A DNA stretch of 64,000 bases from the NCBI GenBank assembly GCA_951406725.2, contig OX597842.1, positions 19,716,001 through 19,780,000 of the forward strand. The letters are read 5' to 3'. Of the stretch, positions 29,301-40,520 are shown piece after piece. Below the pieces are notes generated by a model. The model searched no databases. It was not told where the DNA came from and was given only the letters and a program-made list of their open reading frames with translations. A program made the translations under genes and the position numbers. This stretch comes from Octopus vulgaris (taxonomy: Eukaryota). Position 1 is the stretch's first letter. Every line of letters begins with the position of its first letter.

Positions 29301-29630
29301 TTTGATTTGCCTAAAAAATGTTTTTCTCTGTTCCTGGTAGTCTGCTGTTCATCTTCATCATCAGCTTCTTCCCTTCCTTCTAAAGAATCATCTGGTGAAG
29401 TCTGCAACATGCCATCTGCTTCAGTTCCTCCCTCATCATCTCTTATTTCTTCCTCAGCTTTACTCTCTTCTTTTGGAAGCAATTTCTTGTCTTACGATCT
29501 TTTGACCTGGGGCACAACGAGCATCTTTTTATGGAATCTTCATGATAACATCTTGGAGGTACCAGGTTCAATTCTCTTCAGATTCCTCTTCATTTGGTTC
29601 TTCGTCAAGAAATGATTCTCATTCTTCTAT
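26330..29630 (-). mobile_element. Fragmented piggyBac transposase pseudogene
   Basis: DNWFTS, STMH, KPE..FYNSTKGGV and RNTRCWP motifs (26445-26960); more N-terminal parts at 27340-27790, 28710-28925 and 29310-29630, separated by retroelement insertions. Confidence 0.85.
27795..28705 (-). repeat. SINE with four tandem 173-bp head units
   Basis: ORF-track periodicity of 173 (27968/28141/28314). Confidence 0.9.
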
Positions 29631-29639
29631 GTCTAATTC

Positions 29640-30230
29640 AAGTCTTCAAGTTTTCTACTATATGGCTCAGAAACCTGGACGTTATCAAAGAAGCTGGAGA
29701 GGCAATTGGATGGAACTTCATCATCTGAATAAGATTTTCTAACTATAAAGGGTATGGCCTGGTCAGCCTGTAATGATATGCATAAGATCTGGTCATCAAA
29801 TCTAAGTAGAGACTTCAAACTTCAAAGCCACAGTCAAACCAATTCTACTCTATGGCTCAGAAACCTGGACGTTATCAAAGAAGCTTGAGAGTCGGTTGGA
29901 TGGAACCTACACTCGCCTCCTTATGAGAGCTCAAGATCTCTCGTGGAAGCGTCATCCAACCAAAGTACAAATACATGGGAAACTACCACCTGTATCATCT
30001 CTTGTGAAAGCTAGGAGAGTCCAGTTTGCTGGACATTGTTGTAGAGCTGAAAAAGAGGTAATTTCTACTCTTCTCTGGAAGCCATCTACTCGCAATACCA
30101 GAGGGTGCACACTCTCCTACCCTGATGTAATCTCCAGGGATACAGGCATCCAGCAACAGGACCTCCGTAATGCTATGATGGACCGTGAAGTCTGGCGTAG
30201 CATGGTAAATTCCATTGTCTCGACCACAGT
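29640..30230 (+). mobile_element. RTE/RTEX-like LINE 3' fragment
   Basis: [29 protein letters not shown]... Confidence 0.8.
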
Positions 30231-31428
30231 TGCGATACCAGTAATTAGTAATTTTTATGAAACATAGCGTGTCCGAGAACTTTTTGATACCATCTCGTAT
30301 TTTTCTTGCAAATTCTGTAAAGAGTCTTTATTTTTTTTAATAAATAAATATTTTGATTTTGTTTGCTTATTTTTCTGTTGTTTTTATCTTATATAACATG
30401 TCTTTACATGATACACGTATAATACAATACCACATTAAAATACAAATCCTAAACCAAAAGAAACACAAACAGGAGGTGCAGCAAGTACCCTTATAGGGAT
30501 CACCGAACGCATTCTGTAAGGCAAGGCGCCAACAATGGTAAGAACTTCACTGTGGCAAATGTCACAGGTGGAAGAAATGGGTCACACTTCATTTCCTATG
30601 CTTAACGATTTTGTTCTCGTTGGCTACGGAAGCAGTGACCCTTTGATTATAATTGAAGATATTTATGCTAAAGCAATGGGTATACATATGCAAATGTACC
30701 CCACCGACTTTGTTTCTTCATAACTTCTGGAAAAATGAGTATTTTTAAATGAAAATTTTCAGAGATACCCTTAAGAAAGTGTAGATTGCAATTATATTGG
30801 AATAGCACATGTTGGTGGGACACCACACACACACATACACATCACATTCTTTTGCAAGAAATTTGTTTTTATAGAAAATTTCAATTAAAAAATATGAATC
30901 GTTTCTCTTTGTATTCACTTTTTGAAATTCTAAGATTCAGTCAAAATTTTCAAATTTGGAATATTCATGTAATTTTCCATGCTGAATCTGCTACCGCTCA
31001 CTTTTTCTGGACATAATTTTTTAAAAAGTGGACCTTTTCTGTTTGTGTTTTTCCCTTCAGCTCCTTCGGTTTCAAATTTATTGATTTCAAGTTTAGTGTA
31101 TTGATGTAGTTTTGTCTGTTAATTATATAAATGAAATTAGTTGTTGTCCTAAGTTGATAAATACACAGTTAATAGCTTTTAAGATTTTTAAACTCCCAGT
31201 AAAAGACGGAGCAGAGTTTTGGAAAAAATATTGCTAAAATATGGATATAATTTATTTAAAAAAACCAACTATTCCAATGCAATCAGTGAATGTCTTATTC
31301 TGATAAACAGAATTATTTCTTCTTTCCAGACCTCAGTTGAACCGTCCAACCCATGCTAGCATGGAAAGCAGACAATGATGATGATGATGATGAAAAGAAC
31401 ACAAATTGTAGCGTTCTTATACTAATGT

Positions 31429-31562
31429 TTATTTCTTAAAATATTTGTAGCCGAACAAAGCGAGTCCGACAAGGAGTCCAGCAAGGAAGAGTGAGCCAAA
31501 AATGATTCCGACAATCTCGAGTGTACTGTAGGTTTTTGGTTTAGGAGGTTCAGGTTTCGGAT
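31429..31562 (-). CDS. Predicted Ig-like membrane protein, coding exon 4 (stalk, TM, tail, stop)
   Basis: ttgtcaattgcag|AT...; (N)PKPEPPKPKTYSTLEIVGIIFGSLFLAGLLVGLALFGYKYFKK*; AATAAA overlaps the stop. Confidence 0.85.
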
Positions 31563-32129
31563 CTGCAATTGACAAACAATAAAATATATACCTTTTGTTT
31601 TTAATAAAAAATAGTAATATCTCCCAAGTTTGACCATTTTCATACTAAACTATTAAAAAATACTTTTGTTTCTGTTATACAAATTCCATTTCAAAGTGAT
31701 CTAAAGGAAAAGTCCCCATCAAAATTTCCAGTAACACTATGTTGCACACATAAGCTTGGTTATATAAAGCCTTGTGAGTGGATTTGGTAGACGGAAACTG
31801 AAAGAAGCCCGTCGTATATATGATTATATATATGTGTGTTTGTGTGTCTGTTTGTCCTCCCAGTATCGCTTGATAACCGATGCTGGTGTGTCTACGTCCA
31901 CGTTACTTAGCGGTTCGGCAAAAGAGAACCGATAGAATAAGTACTAGGCTTACAAAGAATAAATCCTGGGGTTGATTTGCTTGACTTAAGGCGGTGCTCC
32001 AGCATGGCCACAGTCAAATGACTGAAACAAGTAAAAAGAGAAAGTGAAAGAGAATATAACCCCCCCCACACACACACACACCTTGGTATTGACCCCCTCA
32101 TCCTTTGCCCTTGTGGCAAATAAAAGAAA

Positions 32130-32670
32130 CCCTTATTATATACAACTATCAGCTGAGTCCATTGTGAAGATGGCCCCTCTACTTTCCCTCAACCAGGAAG
32201 GGCAACCAGTTTTTATCTGCTCGGGCCCCATGGCAAAGGGGATCATACAGTGGACATGTCTGAAAGGGCTGAAGACCAGCAACTGCCATTTTGTCAAAAC
32301 CCTAATAAACTTTTTCAGGTTTCACTTGAAGAGGAAAATCAGGGTGGAGAGGTAAGTGCTGGCTACCAAGCAGTTTGTTGAAAGGTGGGTGAGAGGGGTG
32401 AGCATTACCTGAGTGAATGGGCCTTCTCTTAGAGCGTACCTGTATATTGGAGAGGAAAGACTGGGAGAGGGCATCAACCCTGGTGGCCAGGGAGACCTTG
32501 GATTTTGTGGGCTTTCTTTATGTGTGGCCCTTCAAAGTCCCCCTTCTATCAGGGGTTTTACTTTGAATTTCTTTTATTCTTTGTATGACTATTTACATGC
32601 TAAAACCCACACTGGACCCTCCCGAATGTTTTCCTTTGTGTTAGCCCTCTGTGGTTAATAAAGAAATTAT
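32130..32670 (+). mobile_element. L1/Tx1-like LINE 3' fragment
   Basis: IQLSAESIVKM...FFRFHLKRKIRVER and an AATAAAGAAAT end; related piece at 48122-48262(-) with DETVQHAFVHC. Confidence 0.6.
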
Positions 32671-32687
32671 TATAAATCATTTCCTAC

Positions 32688-32936
32688 TCTTTATCTTCAA
32701 ATTAATGTCTGCAGCTTTAAGGTTGTCATCATCAAATCTCCAAGTCAAACATTTCTCAGTTACGTTTCTGATCCAAAGCGTGGAGGTATCTCCTAAATGA
32801 GTCACTTTATAGTCACGGCCATCAGCGCATGTCCTGTCACATTCATATTTATAATTCTGGCACTTCCAAACCACCGGTCGTTTCATATCAGGTATTGTTA
32901 TCGAAAGGGTGAGGTTTCTATTGAGCACAGCAGGTC
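32688..32936 (-). CDS. Predicted Ig-like membrane protein, coding exon 3 (Ig-like domain)
   Basis: ttcgttatttcag|GA...A|gtagga; 249 nt, phase 1-1; GPAVLNRNLTLSI...VVW...STLWIRNVT...W. Confidence 0.85.
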
Positions 32937-33199
32937 CTGAAATAACGAAATCAGTTAAGAAGTTTGCTTCCAAATCACATGGTCCTGTGTTCAGTCCCAC
33001 TACACAGCACCTCGGGAAAGTGTCTTCTACTACAGCATCAGCCTTGTGAGTGGATTTTCTAGATGGAAATTGAAAGAAGCCCATTGTATGTATATGTGTG
33101 TGTATATATATACATACACACTTGTGTGTTTCAAAGCCTTGTGAGTGGATTTGATAGATGGAAACTGAAAGAAGCCCATTGTTTATATATATGTATATA

Positions 33200-33590
33200 T
33201 ATATATATGTAAATAGAAAATTATTATTTCTAAGTCCCTGAATGAGAAACATTCAGTAACATTAATCGAGAGTAAAGATTACTTGCCAACATAATATGGC
33301 AGTCCTAGTTAGGGTGATTGTTACTGTTATCTAGCCCTAGGAAACACTGCCTCCAGCTGGGTATATGACACGCTATCTATGTTCTATGGGATGCTAAACT
33401 CCCTTGTTTGAAAATATAAGGATGCAGCTAGTGTGTCATATAGCCTGCTGGAGACGATGTTTCCTAGGGCTAAGGAACAGTAACAATCGTCCTAACCAGG
33501 ACTGCCACATTATGTTGGCAAATAATCTTTACCCTAGAGTACTGTTACTCAATGTCTTTTGTTCAGAGATTTAGAAATAATTTTCTATTT
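33200..33590. repeat. Inverted repeat (~170-bp arms) within an intron
   Basis: ttgccaacataat..ggcagtcc..ccctaggaaaca versus tgtttcctaggg..ggactgcc..attatgttggcaa. Confidence 0.8.
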
Positions 33591-33936
33591 GTTAGATCAG
33601 AGACTTTGTGTCACTTTGGAAAGTATATATTTTGGACAAGAGTTTAGTGGAGTCATCTCTAGCCGAGCAGTTATTCTGTGCTGATGAAGGGAAATAACCC
33701 AGAGACCATTGGTATGCAGATAGATGATGTTTCCTAAGACTAAATTTACAGTATCATTCGTCCTAACCAAGACTGCCACATTATGTTGGCAAATATATAT
33801 ATATATAAGTTCAGCAAAAATTTAGATTCAAATGAATATGGTACTTAATTTAGATGCACCAGAATTTTGTATGGTGTTATCCATAGAAATCCGTGGGGTG
33901 ATTATAATGAAAATAAGCAATAAGAATGACTCCGGT

Positions 33937-34027
33937 AATTTGGTACGATCGTTTCGTACTACATCATTTTATTAAATGTTGTAAGTATTACAACAGTTTT
34001 AAAATGCTGAACACTCATCAGCCAATT
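33937..34027 (-). ncRNA. Type I hammerhead ribozyme with intact core and extended stem II
   Basis: aattgg-CTGATGA-GTGTT...AGTAC-GAAAC-GATC-GTA-ccaaatt; predicted cleavage after GUA (33944/33943). Confidence 0.7.
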
Positions 34028-34439
34028 ATAGAGGTTTTCTGTTAATACAAAAATTTTCATATCACGTGGCAACATTATAGAGAAGGTAGATATATAGACA
34101 AAGATGTGGATTTTAATTTTAAGAACGTATGATGTAGTGGAACAACCAAATCTTAGTACCTCATATGTTCTTAAAATTTAAATCCACATCTTTGTCTATA
34201 TATCTACCTTCTCTATAATGTTGCCACTTGATTTGATAACTTTTTTATTAATGGAAAACCTCTATAATTGGCTGATGAGTACTCAGCATCTTATAGAGGG
34301 ATTAGGCTATTATCAGCTCCCGGAAAAGATTTTAACAGGATACTTTTAGAGATGATGAGGACAGCAGTAAAGAAGAAGCTGGATTTAGGAAGAACCGTTC
34401 ATGTGGAGATCAAACCGCCACTCTTTGTATCATTGTAGA

Positions 34440-34722
34440 GCAAAGCGCAGAGTGGAATGCACTCTATCTGCGACAATTTCATCTCAATCGAAGAAGAGGG
34501 GCCTTCTCCGTCCGGGTTGCGGATCCGTGGAATAAGCTGCCGGACGAGATAGTGAAGATGCTGACGACTGCTCGGTTCAAAGTCTCCCTTGACCACAAAT
34601 GGCCTGAACTCTTTGCATGAACACCACCCTGTACATAACTCCATGTCCCCCTACATGGCCTTGCTTTTTTGCTTTTTGAGCCCAAAAATTAACTTAACTT
34701 ACCTTAACTTAGCTTAACTTGG
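34440..34722 (+). mobile_element. CR1/L2-like LINE 3' end
   Basis: AFSVRVADPWNKLPDEIV...FKVSLD and an (AACTT)n tail. Confidence 0.8.
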
Positions 34723-34907
34723 ATATAGAAAGAGAGGTAGGCCTAAGAACTAGTGGCGTAGATCAACACAAAAGGAACTAGAGAAAGGGGGACATTCATG
34801 GCAGAGTATAAGTACAGAGGTGAAAAATTATGCAACATGGAATTCAATTATGAGTGGCCTATACTCCATGTTGGAGGGTCAAATGTAGGAAAGAAGAATA
34901 TATTTAC

Positions 34908-34946
34908 CACTTTGGGTGATATTATACTTTTGTGCCCTTGACAAAT
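34908..34946 (-). CDS. Predicted Ig-like membrane protein, coding exon 2 (39 nt)
   Basis: ttttcatcttttacag|AT...G|gtaaat; (Y)LSRAQKYNITQS(G), phase 1-1; direct joining of exons 1 and 3 would give TGA, so an intervening exon like this one is required. Confidence 0.75.
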
Positions 34947-35489
34947 CTGTAAAAGATGAAAACAAAATTTTTTGATTTTAAGATGAAATAATTCAAAACA
35001 ATGTGAATAAATGAACATTACATTTCACAGTAATTTGATTGCTAAAGGATTAAAGCAGCCATATCTGTTTTATGTTCTAAGTGGCTGGGTCCAGCCCCTC
35101 ACACCTACCCTACAATGTCAGTCTAAAAATAAACAATCACATCGTCAAAACTACAAGATAACGAATGATTAATTCAAAAACCAAGTCTAAATGAGCATTA
35201 CATTAAACGAAATAAATTGATTGCTAACGAGTTAAAGTAGCCATACCTGGCACAAAGATTCTACCTGTTTCGTGTTTAAACTGGTAATGGGTCAGCCTTT
35301 TACACCTGTCTTACAATGTCATTCTAAAAATGAACAGACAAGGACTGCTATGTAAAGAAGTGCTGATCTTTAACTGCGGAGGCAATCTGTGGAAGAGGTG
35401 GACCCTGGAAGGTGCAGGACAAAACTGTGGAACATGAGGGCTTTGGATGTTGAGGCTGACATGTATTGATAAGTGACTGCAACTACCAA

Positions 35490-35680
35490 AAAAAAACTCA
35501 TATTGCTCAGAAACTGCCAAAAGACATTGATGAAAACATTTGTTCTGAAGGAGTGTAAAATGTTTGGGTTCTCCCTAGAAAATATTGGAAACATAAATGA
35601 AATTCCCACGTATTTCGATAAACCAGGAAACACTACAGCAGACACAGAGGGAAACGAAGCTGTTAAAGTAAAAACATCTG
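35490..35680 (+). mobile_element. pogo-like transposase relic
   Basis: IAQKLP and IGNINEIPTYFDKPGNTT...G...VKVKT (NxDET-region homolog). Confidence 0.65.
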
Positions 35681-35689
35681 AGAATTTAT

Positions 35690-36790
35690 TAAATAATGAC
35701 GGGTTGTGGTTAAGAAAACGAAGATCATGGCAACAGCAGCCACAACAAACATCAGCATCAAGATCGATAATGAAGAGATCGAAGTGGTTGATGATTTCAT
35801 CTTCCTTGGCTCCAAAAGAAATCGAGATGGTGACTGCACTCCAGAAATAAGACGGCGGATGGATGGAAGCACTCCGTCGGTTACGACGACGATGGTTCCG
35901 GTTGATCTGATCGACGGAAAAGCCTGCTCGTGAAATTAACGTGTAAGTGGCTGAACACTCCACAGACACGTGTACCCTTAACGTAGTTCTTGGGGATATT
36001 CAGCGTGACACTGAGAGTGACAAGGCCGGCCCTTTGAAATACAGGTACAACAGAAACAGGAAGTAAGAGTGAGAGAAAGTTGTGGTGAAAGAGTACAGCA
36101 GGGATCACCACCATCCCTGCCAGAGCCTCGTGGAGCTTTAGGTGTTTTCGCTCAATAAACACTCACAACGCCCGGTCTGGGAATCGAAACCGCGATCCTA
36201 CAACCGCGAGTCCGCTGCCCTAACCACTGGACCATTGCGCCTCCACAAGACGGCGGATAGTACTAGGCAGAGAGGCAATGGTCAGCATGAGCAGGGTCTG
36301 GAAGAGTAGAGACATCAGACTCGCTACCAAATGCAGATTGGTGAATGCAATTGTCTTCCCAATAGCAACATATGGATGCGAGACCTGGACACTAAAGAAA
36401 GCTGACCATAAGAGAATTAATGCATTCGAGCTTTGGTGTTGGAGAAGACTTTTACGGATTCCATGGATAACGAGGCTCACCAATGGAGAAGTTCTCAAGC
36501 AGATCAGGCCGAAAATGTCGGTAGAAGCAAGGATCACCAAGCATAGATTGGCATATTTCGGTCATATTATGTGGAGAAAATCCCTGGAGAAGGACATCAT
36601 GCTCGGAATGGTCAGTGGCAAGAGAAGAAGAGGCCGACCAAGAACCCACTGGCTTGACACCATCAAGAGTGATACCAGAATGGACATAGCCAATCTGAAA
36701 GAAGCGGCCCAGGATAGAACTGACTGGAGGACACTGATCCATCGAGTGACCGAGAGTCGACTTCGACTGAGCGGATAGAGAGATAGTGGT
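35690..36790 (+). mobile_element. RTE (BovB-like) LINE 3' part interrupted by a SINE
   Basis: KTKIM..EEIEVVDDFIFLGS..EIRRR / YGCETWTLKK..AFELWCWRRLLRIPW; SINE 35861-36246 flanked by TSD aagacggcggat. Confidence 0.9.
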
Positions 36791-37046
36791 TTTGAAAGAT
36801 AGTGGGTGATTCTCATACACAGTACCAAGATTAGTGTTGTATGGGGTGGGTGATGGGTGTGAGGGCTCACTGTTAATTAACCAGGGTGGGATATAGGGAA
36901 TGTTTTGGGACCTGAGGTTCTGTAAATAAGTTGTTAATGAGGCAGATAATTCATAAAGTTAATCCAAACATGAAAGCACAAAAAAAAACACAACACGAGG
37001 ACATGGAACAAATATAGTATTATTGGACGCTCAGGAAAGAAGGAGG

Positions 37047-37081
37047 GTTTAACGTTTCGAGCGGAGCTCTTCGTCAGAAAC
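37047..37081 (-). ncRNA. Minimal type I hammerhead motif
   Basis: gttt-CTGACGA-A-GAGC-TCC-GCTC-GAAAC-GTT-aaac; palindromic stem III. Confidence 0.6.
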
Positions 37082-37349
37082 ATATGAGAAGGAAAGATCC
37101 AGAGAAGGGAAGACAGAGAATTTATAAGTGGGATTGTGGTGGAAAATCATGAATTTTCCAAAATTTTCTTCCATAAAATGCATCATTTCTAAAGCTGTGA
37201 TGAAAACAAAATTGGGAAAATCCCTACCAAAACAAAGAAAATCCTCCTTATGTGAGTGACCCATTCCAGACCCCTGTGCACCTGAGTAAGTTTGCCTTAA
37301 CAAAAATTAGTTATGGAAAGAAATTAAATAAAATATAAATAAAACTTAC

Positions 37350-37395
37350 AGACAAATGTTACAAACAATAAGCAGAACAAGATCCATTTAGCCAT
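37350..37395 (-). CDS. Predicted Ig-like membrane protein, coding exon 1 (signal peptide)
   Basis: ttattttttcag|ATC ATG...; MAKWILFCLLFVTFV + T|gtaagt (phase 1). Confidence 0.8.
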
Positions 37396-38779
37396 GATCT
37401 GAAAAAATAATTTTCAAAAGTAGCAAAATAACAAAGTTTATAGCCCAGGGTCCGAGGCTGGTCAGGTTAAGAAAAACAAATAGTCAAAATGTCATCAGTC
37501 ATTCTTTAATAGATTTATGGTCAAGCCTGTGGCATTGGAGATCTTATTCTTAACTATTTCGAATACTACAGAACGCTGTACAGTAGAGACAAGTGCAGTT
37601 TGAACTTGCACAAACACTTTTTGCTACAGCATTTTCACGTCAAAATAAACGTTTTCTGAAGAAAATTCTAAATCATTTGAAACTTCTAACTGTGAACATT
37701 CTTCTTACTCTTTACTCTTTTACTTGTTTCAGTCATTTGACTGCGGCCATGCTGGAGCACCACCTTTAGTCGAGCAAATCGAACCCGGGACTTATTCTTT
37801 GTAAGCCCAGTACTTATTCTATCGGTCTATTTCGCCGAACCGCTAGGTGACGGGGACGTAAACACACCAGCATCGGTTGTCAAGCAATGCTAGGGGGACA
37901 AACACAGACACACACATACATATATATATATACATAAATATGACAGGCTTCTTTCAGTTTCCATCTACCAAATCCACTCACAAGGCATTGGTCGGCCCGG
38001 GGCTATAGCAGAAGACACTTGCCCAAGATGCCACGCAGTGGGACTGAACCCGGAACCATGTGGTTGGTAAGCAAGCTACTTACCACACAGCCACTCCTGC
38101 GCCTTCTTGTATAGTTTTTCTGAAAATCCAACAGTTACAGATCATGTCAGGGTCCCTGAAACTCCATGGTATTTCCTCGCATTTACAAACTTTGTTTTTT
38201 TCTTGGACTGTTGAATGACAACCCTCGTTCTAGTTCAATGCACTCAAGCACCATAACTCATGTTGCATTCAAAAATCATGTGTCCCCAAAGTCCATCCCC
38301 TCCTCACCGTGGTGGGGACACTGGCAACGAGTAGTGTCGGAGCTATGCCGTCGAGAACTTTGGTTCCTGGTAGGGCCACCCAAGGCAGATTGGTCTGACA
38401 CCGAGTGGTATTAGGCCCACAACCCGGCAGACGGTGCTCTGGTGAAAATCCTCGGAGTGTCTGTTTCAGCAACTGGCGGCTCCTCGGTCTTTGGGTTGTC
38501 TCTCTCTCTCTCACATCTCCTAATGAGTTTCCAGTAAGTTACAGATATTGATAGAGTCTTGAATTTACATTTTTAATGCTTAAAATAAGGAATTAGTTTT
38601 CACATTTTGTTTGTTCTTTAATCTATGTCTACATGTAATTCTGTGAAAGTCTGTGTGATGTGCAAGACACAACAGCTAAATCTCCCTCATATATATATCT
38701 TGTATTTTTATGACTATACAATCCAATATTTACAACAGAATCTCTTCTATTTGGACAAACCTTATAGTTGTGGCTTGAT

Positions 38780-40520
38780 GCAATGGGAAGTTTCAAAAAC
38801 CAACTGGGAAATACAAACAACGAAAAGAACTTAGTTTCTGAAAGAAAAAAATAAAAGATATTATTTTTAGAATTTTACTGAAAATGTACTGAATTTTTTA
38901 AAATTTAAAAAGTAAAAAAGGTTATGAGGGGTTATATGGGGTACTTAAACGAGAATTCCACCAAAAATCAAATTTTCAAACCAATTTTTTTTAATAGCAT
39001 AAATGCTTTGATGTGGATAAAAATATTGAAAAACATGAATACATGTTAGAGTGAGGAAGAAACAAGAAAGGTGGTTGTGGGATGTGTTAGAAACAACAGG
39101 CAGATCTCCCTTAAATCACACACCTTTCTTTACTCATAACTTTCTGACAAATGGATATTAATGGATATATCGGAATTTGATGTGAAAAAGTTTTCCGAGG
39201 GTGGGGTGAAAAGTTTTGGAAAATTCACATCAGTTGGCTTTTATTTCCTCATAACTTTTGGAAAAATGGATATTTCTTTAGTGGAATTTTCTACAAATAT
39301 CATTCGGATTGTGAAGGTGATGATTGAAAAACCATACATGTTAGAACCAACTGGGAAATACAAGCAAGAAAAGGAAATTAGTTTCTCTACATAAGCTGAA
39401 ATATAAAATTAAAAAACTATATTTTTGAATATTTTACTGAAAATGTACTGAATTTTTTTTTAAATTCCAAAAAGTTAGAAAAGGTTATGAGGGGTTATAT
39501 GGGGTTCTTAAACGAGAATTCCACAAAAAATCAAATTTTCAAACCAATTTTTTTTAATAGCATAAATGTTTTTATGGGGATGGCACATAAAAAGCATCAT
39601 CTGATTGTGATCGTTTGCCAGCCTCGTCTGGCACCTGTGCCGGTGACACGTAAAAAGCACCCACTACACTCACAGAGTGGTTGGCATTAGGAAGGGCATC
39701 CAGCCATAGAAACATTGCCAGATCAGACTGGGTCTGGTGCAGCCTTCTGGCTTCCCAGACCCCAGTTGAACCGTCCAACCCATGCTAGCATGGAAAGCGA
39801 ACGCTAAACGATGATGATGATGATGAATACATGTTAGAACCAACTGGGAAATACAAACAAGAAAAGGGACTTAGTTTCTCTACATAAGCTGAAATATAAA
39901 ATTAAAAAACTATATTTTTGAATATTTCACTTGAAATGTACTGAATTTTTTTTTAAATTCCAAAAAGTTAGAAAAGGCTATGAGGGGTCATATGGGGTTC
40001 TTAAACCAGAATTCCACCAAAAATCAAATTTTCAAACCAATTTGTTTTAATAGCATAAATGTTTTTAAGGGGATAAAAATATTGAAATACAAGCAAGAAA
40101 AGGGACTTAGTTTCTCTACATAAGCTGAAATACAGAATTAAAAAACTATATTTTTGAATATTTCACTTGAAATGTACTGAATTTATTTTTAAATTCCAAA
40201 AAGCTAAAAAAGGTTATGAGGGGTCATATGGGGTACTTAAACCAGAATTCCACCAAAAATCAAATTTTCAAACCAATTTGTTTTAATAGCATAAATGCTT
40301 TTATGGGGATAAAAATATTGAAATACAAGCAAGAAAAGGGACTTAGTTTCTCTACATAAGCTGAAATACAAAATTAAAAAACTATATTTTTGAATATTTC
40401 ACTGGAAATGTACTGAATTTTTTTTTAAATTCCAAAAAGTTAGAAAAGGTTATGAGGGGTCATATGGGGTTCTTAAACGAGAATTCCACAAAAAATCAAA
40501 TTTTAAAACCAATTTGTTTT
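38780..40520 (+). repeat. AT-rich tandem repeat (236-bp unit; longer ~545-bp variant)
   Basis: GAAATACAA..AAGAAAAGGGACTTAG at 39848, 40084 and 40320; related block at 43260-43830. Confidence 0.85.

Noticed and set aside
33615-33680. Possible 66-nt phase 1-1 exon of the Ig-like gene
   Set aside because: The acceptor is supplied by a repeat-borne hammerhead-like motif and the donor is weak; it would split the Ig A-strand, and exons 2 and 3 join cleanly without it
36170-36246. tRNA gene
   Set aside because: A/B boxes run into a SINE body with a TSD; there are multiple dispersed copies
37228-37281. Alternative 54-nt exon 2 (CAQGSGMGHSHKEDFLCF)
   Set aside because: Needs a 68-nt intron with a poor pyrimidine tract; 34908-34946 has better splice sites and completes the signal peptide
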